DNA of 64,000 nt. It comes from Planctomycetales bacterium (GTDB lineage: Bacteria > 4484-113). Positions 55,039 through 64,000 of this stretch are shown here, in pieces. The first letter of the stretch is position 1. The number at the start of each line of letters is the position of its first letter. The stretch covers positions 32,001 through 96,000 of the forward strand of contig JBBIRS010000003.1 in the NCBI GenBank assembly GCA_037441675.1, written 5' to 3'. Under the pieces are notes generated by a model. That model was given only the letters and a program-made list of their open reading frames with translations. It searched no databases and was not told the DNA's origin. The position numbers and the translations under genes were made by a program.

Positions 55039-55727
55039 TTGAAGCGGGAAATTCTCTCTTAACACTTTATGTCTGTGAATCCCATTCAATAGAGCCAAGA
55101 GGTAACTTGATGTGGGAGGAGAGCCTGCTTCAGTCGCCTTACCCGATTATCGCTACATTTTATGTAAATTCGCCCTGTGTGATAATGGGAAGGTTCAACA
55201 GGGAGGAGGAATGGGTGAACACTGAGGCGATAGCTACCGATGGCATTCCGCTACTTAGAAGAGCGAGCGGTGGTGGTGCGGTATATCAAGATTTAAATAA
55301 CCTGAACTATGGCATTATCCTTAATAGAATTGACTTTAATCGCTTCAACTCAAGGAAGTTGCACTTGATGAGTTTTTTCCGCGAAATAGTCGTTAACGCT
55401 TTCGCTGAGGGAGAAATTTTTCTTGAGCAGAAAGGCAAGAGCGACATTTTCTTAAATGGCAAGAAGATAAGCGGAAATTCTGCCTTAATCAAGAAGGATA
55501 GAATTCTCTTTCACGGAACTATTCTATTCAAAGTTGACTATTCCGCGATGGAGCGATTCCTTCCCATTCCTTTGAATCGGGATAAGACGCTATCCCACAG
55601 AGCATTTGTGACGAGCTTGAGCGCAGAAAATGTTGACTTAACCATGAATGACGCTAAAAGACTTATCGTTCAGAAGTTGAAGGAGATGCTCTCAATTGAG
55701 AGGGTAGAGTGGATTCACGTTTCTTAG
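55035..55727 (+). CDS. lplA: lipoate-protein ligase A family (catalytic domain only)
   Basis: MGRFN, RRASGGGAVYQD..NLNY, D.FLNGKKISGNS, HGT; ATGA overlap with upstream gene. Confidence 0.85.
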   Translation: MIEAGNSLLTLYVCESHSIEPRGNLMWEESLLQSPYPIIATFYVNSPCVIMGRFNREEEWVNTEAIATDGIPLLRRASGGGAVYQDLNNLNYGIILNRIDFNRFNSRKLHLMSFFREIVVNAFAEGEIFLEQKGKSDIFLNGKKISGNSALIKKDRILFHGTILFKVDYSAMERFLPIPLNRDKTLSHRAFVTSLSAENVDLTMNDAKRLIVQKLKEMLSIERVEWIHVS

Positions 55728-56887
55728 CTTTTTTGAACGCATTTCTTGTAAGCCCTGAGCATATTTTCTTTGAAGAGCTCGCTCGTGTAAAGCTTGGAAA
55801 GAATTAAGGCTCTTTTGTGTAAACTTTCGTAAAAGTCTTTATCCAAGATTAACTTTGAAATTATGCCTGCCAACTCCTCCGGCGAGTTTGGGTCAAAAAA
55901 GATGGAAAAATTTTCATACTTGGCTAAAGGAATTTTGAGGTTCACGCTAGAAAACTTAGCGTTCCCGTTGAAAACCTGATTTGTTCCGTATATCTCTTTG
56001 TGAACGTTAATGTTGGAGAGGATAGATGGAACGCCCAAACTCATCGCTTCCAAGGGTGGAAGGTCAAAGCCTTCTTCTTTACTTGGAGCAATGAGGACAA
56101 ATGCGCGGAGGTAGGCTTCAAGCAAAGCATCTTCACTGAGATAACCGAGAAGATGAACTTGATTTTGCAGATTTAAGCTTTTAGCTACTTCCAAAATCTC
56201 TTGACCGTTGTTTATGGAAATGCCTGCGTATTCTATAACACAATCCTTGCGAAGATCATTTGGCAGGAGGCTTATGGAATGAAGGACTATTTCAAAGTTC
56301 TTGCGTTTCTCAAAGGAGCCAACTAGGAGGAGGGTAAAGGGCGCAGAGTGTGGTTTTTCAATAGTTAACTTTCGCTTCGTATTCTTACTCTCAAACCGAC
56401 TGTAAAGTGGGACAACATAAACTCTCTCCTCAGGAATTCTAAGGAATTGAATTACTTCTTGCTTTATCGTTTCGGAGTGACAAACGATAAGTTTAGCACG
56501 GCGCCATCCTGCAACCACGATGTTCTGGAAGTAATACTTGGCAAAAATGCCGAGAGGTGGTGACTTAAGTAAAATGAGGTCGTGAATTGTTACTAAAAGG
56601 GGGATATTTATGGGGTGGGGCGCTCCGAGACAGGGAGAGTGGAATAGGCTCGCTTCCCTTTTAGCTGTGTAGGAGTTGATTCTAATTGGAAGTTTTACCC
56701 TTTCCCAGAGAAGCCTTTCTGCGACACTTCTTAATGCTTTTTCCTTCGGTTCAGGAGTGAAGAGTTTGTGCGAAATTTTTTTCTCTTCTGAAAGCTTTTG
56801 CAACGCTTGCGTGAGCAAACGCGTGTATATCCCAAAGCCAGTTGGGATACTGCCTACCAGAGCTTGCCCATCAACGAGAATATGCAT
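55724..56887 (-). CDS. glycosyltransferase family 4 (group 1)
   Basis: TG.G.Y, TIHDL, VGS.E.RKN, GY.S, PS..EGF.LP.LEAM..G.P; ATG 56887 preferred. Confidence 0.92.
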   Translation of the reverse strand: MHILVDGQALVGSIPTGFGIYTRLLTQALQKLSEEKKISHKLFTPEPKEKALRSVAERLLWERVKLPIRINSYTAKREASLFHSPCLGAPHPINIPLLVTIHDLILLKSPPLGIFAKYYFQNIVVAGWRRAKLIVCHSETIKQEVIQFLRIPEERVYVVPLYSRFESKNTKRKLTIEKPHSAPFTLLLVGSFEKRKNFEIVLHSISLLPNDLRKDCVIEYAGISINNGQEILEVAKSLNLQNQVHLLGYLSEDALLEAYLRAFVLIAPSKEEGFDLPPLEAMSLGVPSILSNINVHKEIYGTNQVFNGNAKFSSVNLKIPLAKYENFSIFFDPNSPEELAGIISKLILDKDFYESLHKRALILSKLYTSELFKENMLRAYKKCVQKS

Positions 56888-56937
56888 CCAACTGGATTGT
56901 AGCACCGCTATGAACTTTGGGGGTATAATCTAAATGA

Positions 56938-57612
56938 ATGGGGAAGTTTAAGTTATTACTTTGCCTTTTCATTTACCCTTCAATAATGTTTTTCCTTGCG
57001 CCAAGCACTGCTTCACCAAGCATTAGGGAAGCTCCCTATTATCCAAGCTTTTATTACCCATTTCCAGCTACTTATCAGAGGAACCTTGTGAAGGTTTTCC
57101 GCGGATTAACCCCAGGGACTACCACATTGGAGGAAGTTCTTCGAACCTATGATTATCCGAAGTACATCATCAACGACCGTTATTTCTATTACGAAATGAG
57201 AAACACGTACCGGGGTTGGGATGATAGGGAAGATGTGTTCATAGAGTTTCGAAGGAGTAAGAAGCTTGGTAAGCCAAGATACTTAGGCGATCTAGATTTA
57301 ACCGCGGTAGTTTCAAAGGTCTTTGTATATTCGGATTATAGGATGGGTGAGCTTGCGACTTATATTGACCAGATTATTTCAATTACGCCGTATCCCTATA
57401 GCGTTTTTTATGAGCCCATAAAGGACTATTTCATCCTTGTTTTCCCAAATCAGGGCTATGCGATGTACTTTGATGGGGAAGAAAAGAGGCTGATTGCGGA
57501 AGCTTACTTTGAACCTAAGATTTGGAAGAGTAGCGAATACTTGAAAATTAGAAATCCTGGCTTTGAATTCAGAAAGTTTAAGAAGGAGCTGATTCCGAAG
57601 TTTTTACCCTAA
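56938..57612 (+). CDS. hypothetical secreted Tyr-rich protein
   Basis: Signal peptide ending PSTA; GLTPGTTT.EEV...Y..P motif reminiscent of SmpA/BamE-like folds; TATAAT 8 nt before ATG. Confidence 0.7.
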   Translation: MGKFKLLLCLFIYPSIMFFLAPSTASPSIREAPYYPSFYYPFPATYQRNLVKVFRGLTPGTTTLEEVLRTYDYPKYIINDRYFYYEMRNTYRGWDDREDVFIEFRRSKKLGKPRYLGDLDLTAVVSKVFVYSDYRMGELATYIDQIISITPYPYSVFYEPIKDYFILVFPNQGYAMYFDGEEKRLIAEAYFEPKIWKSSEYLKIRNPGFEFRKFKKELIPKFLP

Positions 57613-57650
57613 GCCTGATTACTATGAGAGGCTAGTGATATAATCGGGTA

Positions 57651-58625
57651 ATGCTGAATCTCATTGGCGTCACGGTAGTCTTAGGACGTCGAACAATATT
57701 TGATAATCTTTGCTTCTCAATCAATGATCCCGGCTTATACTTTATCCTTGGCGCAAATGCCAGTGGAAAGACTACCCTTATGCGTGTAATGTCAGGTAGG
57801 TTCAAGCCACAAAAAGGTAAGGTCTTAATTTTTGGCGCGGAACTTTACAAGCTTTTTGGGCCAAGCGTTCCAGCTATTGAGGTTGTATCTGGAAGTTATA
57901 CGATGAACCTTGAGCTCACAATTGGGAGTATATTTCGCAGTCGGGCGGAAGCATTTGGATACAAGAAAAGTTTTTCAGATTTTTGCCGTTCATTTAACCT
58001 ACCGAAAAGTTGCGAAGAGCTTCAAAGGGCTACACCATCACAGCTCTCTAGTAGTGAACTTAAGGAGGTGGAGCTTGCGATGGTTCTTATGGGTTCTCCT
58101 TCCGTACTCTTCATTGATGACTGCTTTTTGTTTTTCAGTAGAGAAAGTATTGAGAGAGTGATGGAAAACCTGCGCTTCTTTAGCTTTTACTCTGAAGCCT
58201 CCGGAGGAGAGGCTAGGCAGAATGGGAGATTGGCGGTCGTTTTTTCTTCGCGCTTTTTCGGCAATATGGATGCTTTCAGGGATGTTTTCTTGCTAAGAGA
58301 TGGGAAACTTGAGGCTTTATCAAAACCTGTGATGGTCAATAGAGGAACTGATCCTTTGAAGGTTGAGGAAGATGAAAAGAAGAAGATGAAAGGAAGGGTG
58401 GTTGTGGTGCGATGCGGGGAGTATTTTTATCGGCACAGCAGAATTGAGGCGGAGAACGACTATTTCCTACTGCACGCTGTGCTAGAAAATTCACTGGTTA
58501 TTGAACTGAAGCAAAGCCTGGATCTTGCCATTTCCTACCTTGAACAAAATGGCCTGGATATCTTGGAACTTGATTTTGGAGAGAAAAATTTGGCTACAGA
58601 AATTGATATCGGCCATTCACTATAG
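57651..58625 (+). CDS. degenerate ABC-type ATP-binding protein
   Basis: Walker A GANASGKTT present; signature LSSSE, Walker B LFIDD and H-loop SSR all deviate from consensus. Confidence 0.8.
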   Translation: MLNLIGVTVVLGRRTIFDNLCFSINDPGLYFILGANASGKTTLMRVMSGRFKPQKGKVLIFGAELYKLFGPSVPAIEVVSGSYTMNLELTIGSIFRSRAEAFGYKKSFSDFCRSFNLPKSCEELQRATPSQLSSSELKEVELAMVLMGSPSVLFIDDCFLFFSRESIERVMENLRFFSFYSEASGGEARQNGRLAVVFSSRFFGNMDAFRDVFLLRDGKLEALSKPVMVNRGTDPLKVEEDEKKKMKGRVVVVRCGEYFYRHSRIEAENDYFLLHAVLENSLVIELKQSLDLAISYLEQNGLDILELDFGEKNLATEIDIGHSL

Positions 58626-58687
58626 TGGATTAGCGGGAAATTGGAGGGAGTTTACGTTTTAAGAGAATAATCTTTTAAGACTAATCC

Positions 58688-59035
58688 TTAACTTTCCGCA
58701 TTTGTCTCCAATGCTTCTACTGCAGAATCTGTCGTGTCATAGATGTTCACAAACTTGTCCACTTTTATAGAAGTTAGAAGCTTTCTAACAATTGTTTTAG
58801 GTCCTGCTAGAGCTACTTTGCCCTGAGCGGTCTTAACGTCCTTTATGAGAATCACCAAATAACCTATCCCGGAGCTGTCAAAAAAGGAGACTTTGCTAAG
58901 GTCTATGACAACTTTGGGATACTGGCGAATGTTAAGTCCATCTATTAGGTTTCTCAGGTTCGCGAGGGTAGTTAAGGTGACTTCGTTGGATAGCTCTAAT
59001 ACAAAGACTCCTTTCTTCTTGTAATAGTTAATCAT
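58688..59035 (-). CDS. STAS-domain anti-sigma factor antagonist (RsbV/SpoIIAA-like)
   Basis: 115 aa; VVIDLSKVSFFDSSGIG.L with phosphoacceptor Ser. Confidence 0.92.
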   Translation of the reverse strand: MINYYKKKGVFVLELSNEVTLTTLANLRNLIDGLNIRQYPKVVIDLSKVSFFDSSGIGYLVILIKDVKTAQGKVALAGPKTIVRKLLTSIKVDKFVNIYDTTDSAVEALETNAES

Positions 59036-59061
59036 TTTTTTGTCTTTTTAAGTTCTCTAGA

Positions 59062-60513
59062 CTATTTTGAAAAATGCCACCTAGTCCCGCTTTGAGTATC
59101 TTCCACCGTAACTCCCACATCGAGTAAGATTTGCTTTATTGAATCTGCTGTTTTGAAATCTCGTGCTTTTCGCGCCATATCCCTCCTGTTTATTAGTTCC
59201 TCCACAAGTTTCTTGAGAATGCTATTTTCCTTATTTTTTGTATTATCTCTCAAGAAGCGTTTCAGGTCAAGCCCAAGTATCTTGCAAAGCTTTTCAAAGC
59301 TGAGATATGCATACTTGAGCTCTCTCTTCTCCTTTGTTCCTTCTATACCAGTCTTATAGATTGAAGAAATAAAGTTATGAATCTCCGCTAAAGCGCGCGA
59401 TGTGTTCAGATCGTTGTCCATCGCCAAAACGAAGGCTTCTACTAGCTGCCTTGCGAGGTTAAGGTAAGGCGAGCCTTCGCTCAAATTTTCAAATTCTGTT
59501 ACCTCTTCATTCTCTACCTTTCCATCAAGCTCGTTGGTCACTATCCTAGAAAATTGGGATAATCTTTCAACTGCTTCTTTTGCGGAAGAAATTCCCTCTT
59601 GTGTTAAGTTCATCTGAGTCAAATAGTGCGAAGTTAGGAAGTGGTGCCTAACTTCTAGAGGTGAGAGGTTTTGAAGAAGCTGGCGCACGGTTATGAAGTT
59701 GCCTAAAGACTTACTCATCTTAACGCCATCAACTAGAAGGTGCTCAGGATGCATATAGTACTTTGCTAGCGGAACACCGTATGCGCCAAAAGTTTGAGCG
59801 ATTTCGTTCTCGTGGTGTGGAAAGAGGTTGTCAATACCTCCACCCTTAATATCGTAGGTTTCACCAAAAAAATGGTACGCCATGGTGGAGCATTCAATAT
59901 GCCAGCCTGGTCTTCCCTTTCCCCAGGGGCTTTCCCAGTAAGGCTCTCCCGGCTTTGCTGATTTCCACAGGGCAAAATCCGCAGGATGCTTCTTTCTTTC
60001 GTCTACCTCAACTCTTGCTCCTGCTATTAAGTCCTCTAAGGAGTATCCTGAAAGACGACCGTAGTCTTTGTATTTCTCAACAGAAAAGAAGACATCGCCG
60101 TTAATCGTGTATCCGTAGCCATTGGCTAGTATGAGCTTTATCGTCTCAATCATTTGCGGGATAAAGTCAGTTGCGTTGCAAGTGATGGTGTATGGAAGCG
60201 CACCAAGAGCTGATAGGTCTTCGTAAAATGTAGAAGTGTAAAATTCAGCCAATTGGCGGTAGTTGATACCAAGCTCATTGCTTCTGGCGATAATTTTGTC
60301 ATCAATGTCCGTGTTGTTAATTACCGCAAAGACATCGTAGCCTTTGAAGTCAAGGTACCTGCGTAGGACATCCCAAAAGAGGTAGGTTCGCGCATGACCA
60401 ATGTGCATAAAGTCATATACGGTCAGTCCACATACGTACATTCGAACAAAATTATGCTTTATCGGATGAAATTCCTCTTTGCGCCGAGTTAAGGTGTTGT
60501 AAATCCTCAACAA
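59062..60513 (-). CDS. cysS: cysteinyl-tRNA synthetase
   Basis: YNTLTR.KE, MYVCGLTVYD.MHIGH.R, TDIDDKII, DFALWK, WG.GRPGWHIECS, FPHHENE, KMSKSLGN, MDNDLNT. Confidence 0.98.
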   Translation of the reverse strand: MLRIYNTLTRRKEEFHPIKHNFVRMYVCGLTVYDFMHIGHARTYLFWDVLRRYLDFKGYDVFAVINNTDIDDKIIARSNELGINYRQLAEFYTSTFYEDLSALGALPYTITCNATDFIPQMIETIKLILANGYGYTINGDVFFSVEKYKDYGRLSGYSLEDLIAGARVEVDERKKHPADFALWKSAKPGEPYWESPWGKGRPGWHIECSTMAYHFFGETYDIKGGGIDNLFPHHENEIAQTFGAYGVPLAKYYMHPEHLLVDGVKMSKSLGNFITVRQLLQNLSPLEVRHHFLTSHYLTQMNLTQEGISSAKEAVERLSQFSRIVTNELDGKVENEEVTEFENLSEGSPYLNLARQLVEAFVLAMDNDLNTSRALAEIHNFISSIYKTGIEGTKEKRELKYAYLSFEKLCKILGLDLKRFLRDNTKNKENSILKKLVEELINRRDMARKARDFKTADSIKQILLDVGVTVEDTQSGTRWHFSK

Positions 60514-60731
60514 TGTGCTTTCTCCATAAAGAATTATAACAAGCTGAAAGCTCTTGGCTTGATTTATCTGATTTTATTTTGAGGCTTATATTAGATGAAA
60601 GCAATAGTAGCGTTTAAGATTTTTAGAAATGTTGCTGTTTAGGAATTGACTAAGTCAGTTTTAATAAGGCGCGAAGGAATGCCCAAAGACCTAGCGATAT
60701 TGAGTTATCCAGTTCAAAGAGTTGATAAGCT

Positions 60732-62579
60732 TTATGTGTTTAATGATAAATAATTTTTTAAGAATGTTGAGAGCTCTTTTGCCTTTGGAACTGCTGATGT
60801 AAGAGAGGAGCCTCCGTTTTCAAGAAAGACCACAAAAGAAACTTGCGGATCATCAAAAGGCATATAACCGACGAACCAGCTGTGAGGCTCACCTTTCCAT
60901 ATCTCGGCGGTTCCAGTTTTGCCAGCAACTTTGAGGCTTGCACCAATCATTTCCGCAGTGCCACCGGGAAGGTTTGTTCTTCTTAATCCACGCTTAACTA
61001 GTTGAATATATTCTGTATCAAAGTTGAGCTTGATTCTTCTAGGAGCTTCAAAAGGAATAACCTGCTCTCCTTCGCGTAAACCCTTGACCACAATTGGCGT
61101 GACGTATTCACCATCGTTAGCTAGCGCGTTAATCATCAGTAACACCTGAAGAGGTGTTGCTAAAATAAAGCCTTGACCTATTGACATATTTGCGGTGTCT
61201 CCGTCGTACCATATCCTATCCACCTCTTTATAGTTTGCTTGAGAGTAATGCTTTCTCTTCCAGACTGGATTGGGAATTAGACCTTCAGCTTCTCCGGGAA
61301 GAGCTATTCGTGTTTCCTGCCCGAAACCGAATTCACGGTATACTCGCTCAAGATTGTTCACGCCAAGCTTTAATCCAATTTGGAAAACCGCAGTGTCGCA
61401 AGATTTTCCTAATACGTCTATAAGATTGAGGGTTCCATGGCCCTGCCTCTGCCAGCAGAAAAATGTCCTGTTCCCAATATCTAACTTACCCTGGCAGTAG
61501 AACGTTGTTCCTTCTGTAACTTTGCCTTCCTGAAGGGCTTGCAGGACAATTATTGGCTTTACCGTTGAACCCGGTGGATAGCTATTGCTAATGGCTCTGT
61601 TAAGCATGGGGGGATAATCCTTTCTTGAAAGTACCTTTGTGAGATATTCATAACCGCCACGCTCCCTGAATTTATTTGGGTCGTAGGATGGCGAACTAAC
61701 TAGAGCTAATACCTCTCCCGTTTTGGGTCGCATTACAATAATCGCACCAGGCGTTCCCCTAAGAATGGAATAGGCTTTTTTTTGTATCTCAGCATCGATT
61801 GTAAGGTAAATATCCTTTCCCTTAATTGGAGGATTAAGTTTCAGTTCACCGCGAAAATGCCTGTTCTTATCAACCTCAACAAGTCTCTCACCGTAGGCAC
61901 CCTTTGTCACATCGTTGAATACACGCTCAATTCCATCCTTGCCAACAAGGTCGTCCGCAAAAATGGAAGGGTTGGCTAGATTCTTCAGCTCTTCAGGGCT
62001 TGGTTTGCCAACGTAGCCTATAAGGTGCGTGCCTGCCTCACCTAGGGGATACGTGCGTAGATAACTATTCGCCTCTATGATAATGCCCGGAAACTTCTCT
62101 TTGTTTTCTTCCAGATATGCAAGTTGGTTTAAGGTCAAGCCCTCCAGAATGGTAACCGGTTGGTAAGGGTATAGCATTTTTCTTTGGCGTTCAATATCCT
62201 TGATTGTTTCTGCGAAATTCAACTTAAGTTTGGATGAAATGCTTTTTATGACTTCCTGGTCTAGCTCACCGATTGAACTTTGACCTGCGTCTATGGCTGT
62301 TTTTGACTTCGTGGGATTGTGCAAGAAGTACTTAAGGGCGGTTGAGGGTCTGTTTATTGCAAGGGGAGCGCCACTTCTATCAAAAATTTCTCCTCTTGGT
62401 GCTGATATCCTCACAACTTGCACTTTGTTGCCGATTGCGCGAACCAAATATTCAGTGTGGGATACAATCTGAAGTTGGAATAGGCGTAGAACTAAGACCA
62501 TAAAGAGCAATAGCACGAGGGCTAGAAAAATCTGCTCTTTCCTTAGTTTCTCCTTTATTTCTTTAATAGCTAAGTTCAC
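60732..62579 (-). CDS. mrdA: penicillin-binding protein 2 (elongation class B PBP)
   Basis: LRL..LQI, APRG.I.DR, R.YP, GKDGIE, LTID..IQ, YPPGSTVKP, SCD, GKTGTAE; GTG 62579 with AAGGA SD preferred over 62636. Confidence 0.95.
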   Translation of the reverse strand: MNLAIKEIKEKLRKEQIFLALVLLLFMVLVLRLFQLQIVSHTEYLVRAIGNKVQVVRISAPRGEIFDRSGAPLAINRPSTALKYFLHNPTKSKTAIDAGQSSIGELDQEVIKSISSKLKLNFAETIKDIERQRKMLYPYQPVTILEGLTLNQLAYLEENKEKFPGIIIEANSYLRTYPLGEAGTHLIGYVGKPSPEELKNLANPSIFADDLVGKDGIERVFNDVTKGAYGERLVEVDKNRHFRGELKLNPPIKGKDIYLTIDAEIQKKAYSILRGTPGAIIVMRPKTGEVLALVSSPSYDPNKFRERGGYEYLTKVLSRKDYPPMLNRAISNSYPPGSTVKPIIVLQALQEGKVTEGTTFYCQGKLDIGNRTFFCWQRQGHGTLNLIDVLGKSCDTAVFQIGLKLGVNNLERVYREFGFGQETRIALPGEAEGLIPNPVWKRKHYSQANYKEVDRIWYDGDTANMSIGQGFILATPLQVLLMINALANDGEYVTPIVVKGLREGEQVIPFEAPRRIKLNFDTEYIQLVKRGLRRTNLPGGTAEMIGASLKVAGKTGTAEIWKGEPHSWFVGYMPFDDPQVSFVVFLENGGSSLTSAVPKAKELSTFLKNYLSLNT

Positions 62580-63066
62580 CCGTTTTTCCTTTCCCAATGA
62601 CTTTATCAAGCCAGATTGAAAGTAAAAAGGATGCAACTATGTAGGCTAAAATTCCAGCATAGTTTAGGTGGAAGAATTGCGAGATTTGTAAGGGGAAATA
62701 CACTAGGCTTATTATTATGTAACTTGCGAAAATCTTGTAGAGGAAAGCGGAGATAAGAGCTATGAGGATAAAAGAACCAAAGCGCAGAAATCGAGATAAT
62801 ACCCCAGAGGAGAGCAGTAAAACAACACTAAGATATATTACTGAGTTAATAAACGGGATTGGCGAGATAAGGTCTAGGATAGTAGCGGATAAGAAGGCAA
62901 AAGAGAGGGCAATTCCAGTTTCACCTAGAACGCTTGCGGAAACTATTCCCAAAAGGATTAGATCAAAAGAGCGGAAAAATGTTGGGTATCTTAGCAGTAG
63001 GACAAGTTGAGTAATTAGAATAAGCGTTAGCAGTATAAAAAGCGATGTTCCTTTTAACTTTATCAT
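62563..63066 (-). CDS. mreD: rod shape-determining protein MreD
   Basis: Very hydrophobic 167 aa protein with DL.LL and D motifs, between mreC and mrdA. Confidence 0.75.
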   Translation of the reverse strand: MIKLKGTSLFILLTLILITQLVLLLRYPTFFRSFDLILLGIVSASVLGETGIALSFAFLSATILDLISPIPFINSVIYLSVVLLLSSGVLSRFLRFGSFILIALISAFLYKIFASYIIISLVYFPLQISQFFHLNYAGILAYIVASFLLSIWLDKVIGKGKTGELSY

Positions 63067-63947
63067 TTTTGGAACTTTGTTAAGACGACTACAGTTTTGA
63101 TTCCTTTTGTACCAATGCTAGGTTCCGCTAAAACTTGAAGTGTGGTAAGCCCTGGGACTTTCCTGATTTTAGAGACATAACCAATTAGAATTCCCGCTGG
63201 CCTAGTATCGCCACCATCCAAGGAAATGCCCAACGTGTAAAGTTTCTCGCCAATGTTAATCTTTGCATCTGCGGAAATGTAATCTAGCCTTATGGTGGTA
63301 GTGCCAGTGCCCTTAATGATACCTGCAGTCTGGGAGAGAGAGGTGATGGCTGAGATGGAGAAGTCTGGATTTGTAAGCGTCTTCACAACTGAGTAAGTTT
63401 TACCAACCTCTGAAATCTCCCCTATTAAGCCAAGGTCGCTAACAACCAGGTCTTTTACGTTGATGCCCGAAGATCTGCCACGATTTATGATTAGATAATC
63501 CAACCACATTTCAGGGCTTCTCGCAACAACTTCTGCGGCAACCTTGCCAAATCCACGCGAAGGCGGTAAAGAAAGCAGTTTTCGTAACTCGGCGTTTTCC
63601 CTCTTCAGTTGTTCCAGCTCCGCGAGCTTTGTGTTTGCAAGGGATAGTTCACCTTCAAGAATCTTTTCCCATCTAAGATGGTGGGGAAGGCGAAAAATTT
63701 CTGCGAAACTAAATACGCCACTTACAACTCTGTTGGAAGCACCAACTCCCTTTGATGCAATGTTGGTAAGCGATGAATCAAATTTATCTCCAGCTCCAAT
63801 CGCGTAGACTAGTAGGCGAAGAAGGAGGAGACCTGCGAGCGCAAAAAGCACAATTAGAATGGGCGGAGACATCCGATTTTCCTGCAGATGTCTAACTAGC
63901 TTTCCAGTGCCTGGTTTCTTGTCGCGAGATGTTAGATAGACCTTCAC
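63063..63947 (-). CDS. mreC: rod shape-determining protein MreC
   Basis: TM, coiled coil L.RENAELRKLL, AEVVARSP, IINRG...G, GLIG.I, P.GI.IG.V. Confidence 0.92.
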   Translation of the reverse strand: MKVYLTSRDKKPGTGKLVRHLQENRMSPPILIVLFALAGLLLLRLLVYAIGAGDKFDSSLTNIASKGVGASNRVVSGVFSFAEIFRLPHHLRWEKILEGELSLANTKLAELEQLKRENAELRKLLSLPPSRGFGKVAAEVVARSPEMWLDYLIINRGRSSGINVKDLVVSDLGLIGEISEVGKTYSVVKTLTNPDFSISAITSLSQTAGIIKGTGTTTIRLDYISADAKINIGEKLYTLGISLDGGDTRPAGILIGYVSKIRKVPGLTTLQVLAEPSIGTKGIKTVVVLTKFQK

Positions 63948-64000
63948 CTAATAAAATCTTACTATAAATCGTGTGCGCAGGGGGTAGAAATTATTTAGGC

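Noticed and set aside
4572..59064. Genome-wide reassignment of TAG to a sense codon
   Set aside because: TAG ends many genes at their expected C-termini (selA, thiC, rsmA, glyA, ftsW, cysS, class V aminotransferase, active htrA), and only murE has an internal TAG. At most UAG is context-dependent or leaky.

Overview
A 64 kb, roughly mid-GC bacterial chromosomal segment, densely coding and almost entirely core genome. The lineage cannot be assigned from sequence alone, but the proteins are divergent. Contents: tRNA/rRNA modification and translation genes (miaB, selA, mnmG, rsmA, rsmH, rpmF, archaeal-type proS, cysS); cofactor and amino-acid genes (thiC-family, ribD, hisC, glyA, pyrE, asd, dapB, lipoate ligase); a feoAB iron-uptake operon; a dcw cluster (mraZ-rsmH-ftsL-ftsI-murE-murF-mraY-murD-ftsW-murC-murB-ddl-ftsQ, without murG/ftsA/ftsZ); and mreC-mreD-mrdA with a separate rodA. 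No rRNA, tRNA, CRISPR array or transposase was recognised. Main observations: (1) murE is a complete 513-codon frame interrupted by a single in-frame TAG before its ATP-binding P-loop, meaning amber readthrough/recoding, a nonsense allele or an assembly error; two other dcw TAG stops also run on in frame. (2) At least 12 genes have a -10 box 6-9 nt before the start codon and no SD, suggesting pervasive leaderless mRNAs. (3) One catalytically intact and two triad-less HtrA paralogs flank proS. (4) Two uncharacterised paralogous secreted beta-propeller-like proteins flank rpmF-acpP. (5) A GTAG-type REP family includes a covarying hairpin. (6) Two anti-SD + terminator modules are candidate sRNAs, one antisense to a 7-codon ORF with a perfect SD. 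(7) Fur-like boxes occur at feoAB and at a riboswitch-less thiC-family gene. (8) A Cys-free membrane-anchored archaemetzincin, a degenerate ABC ATPase and a decayed hicA remnant are present. All calls come from reading motifs by eye; no database search was run.
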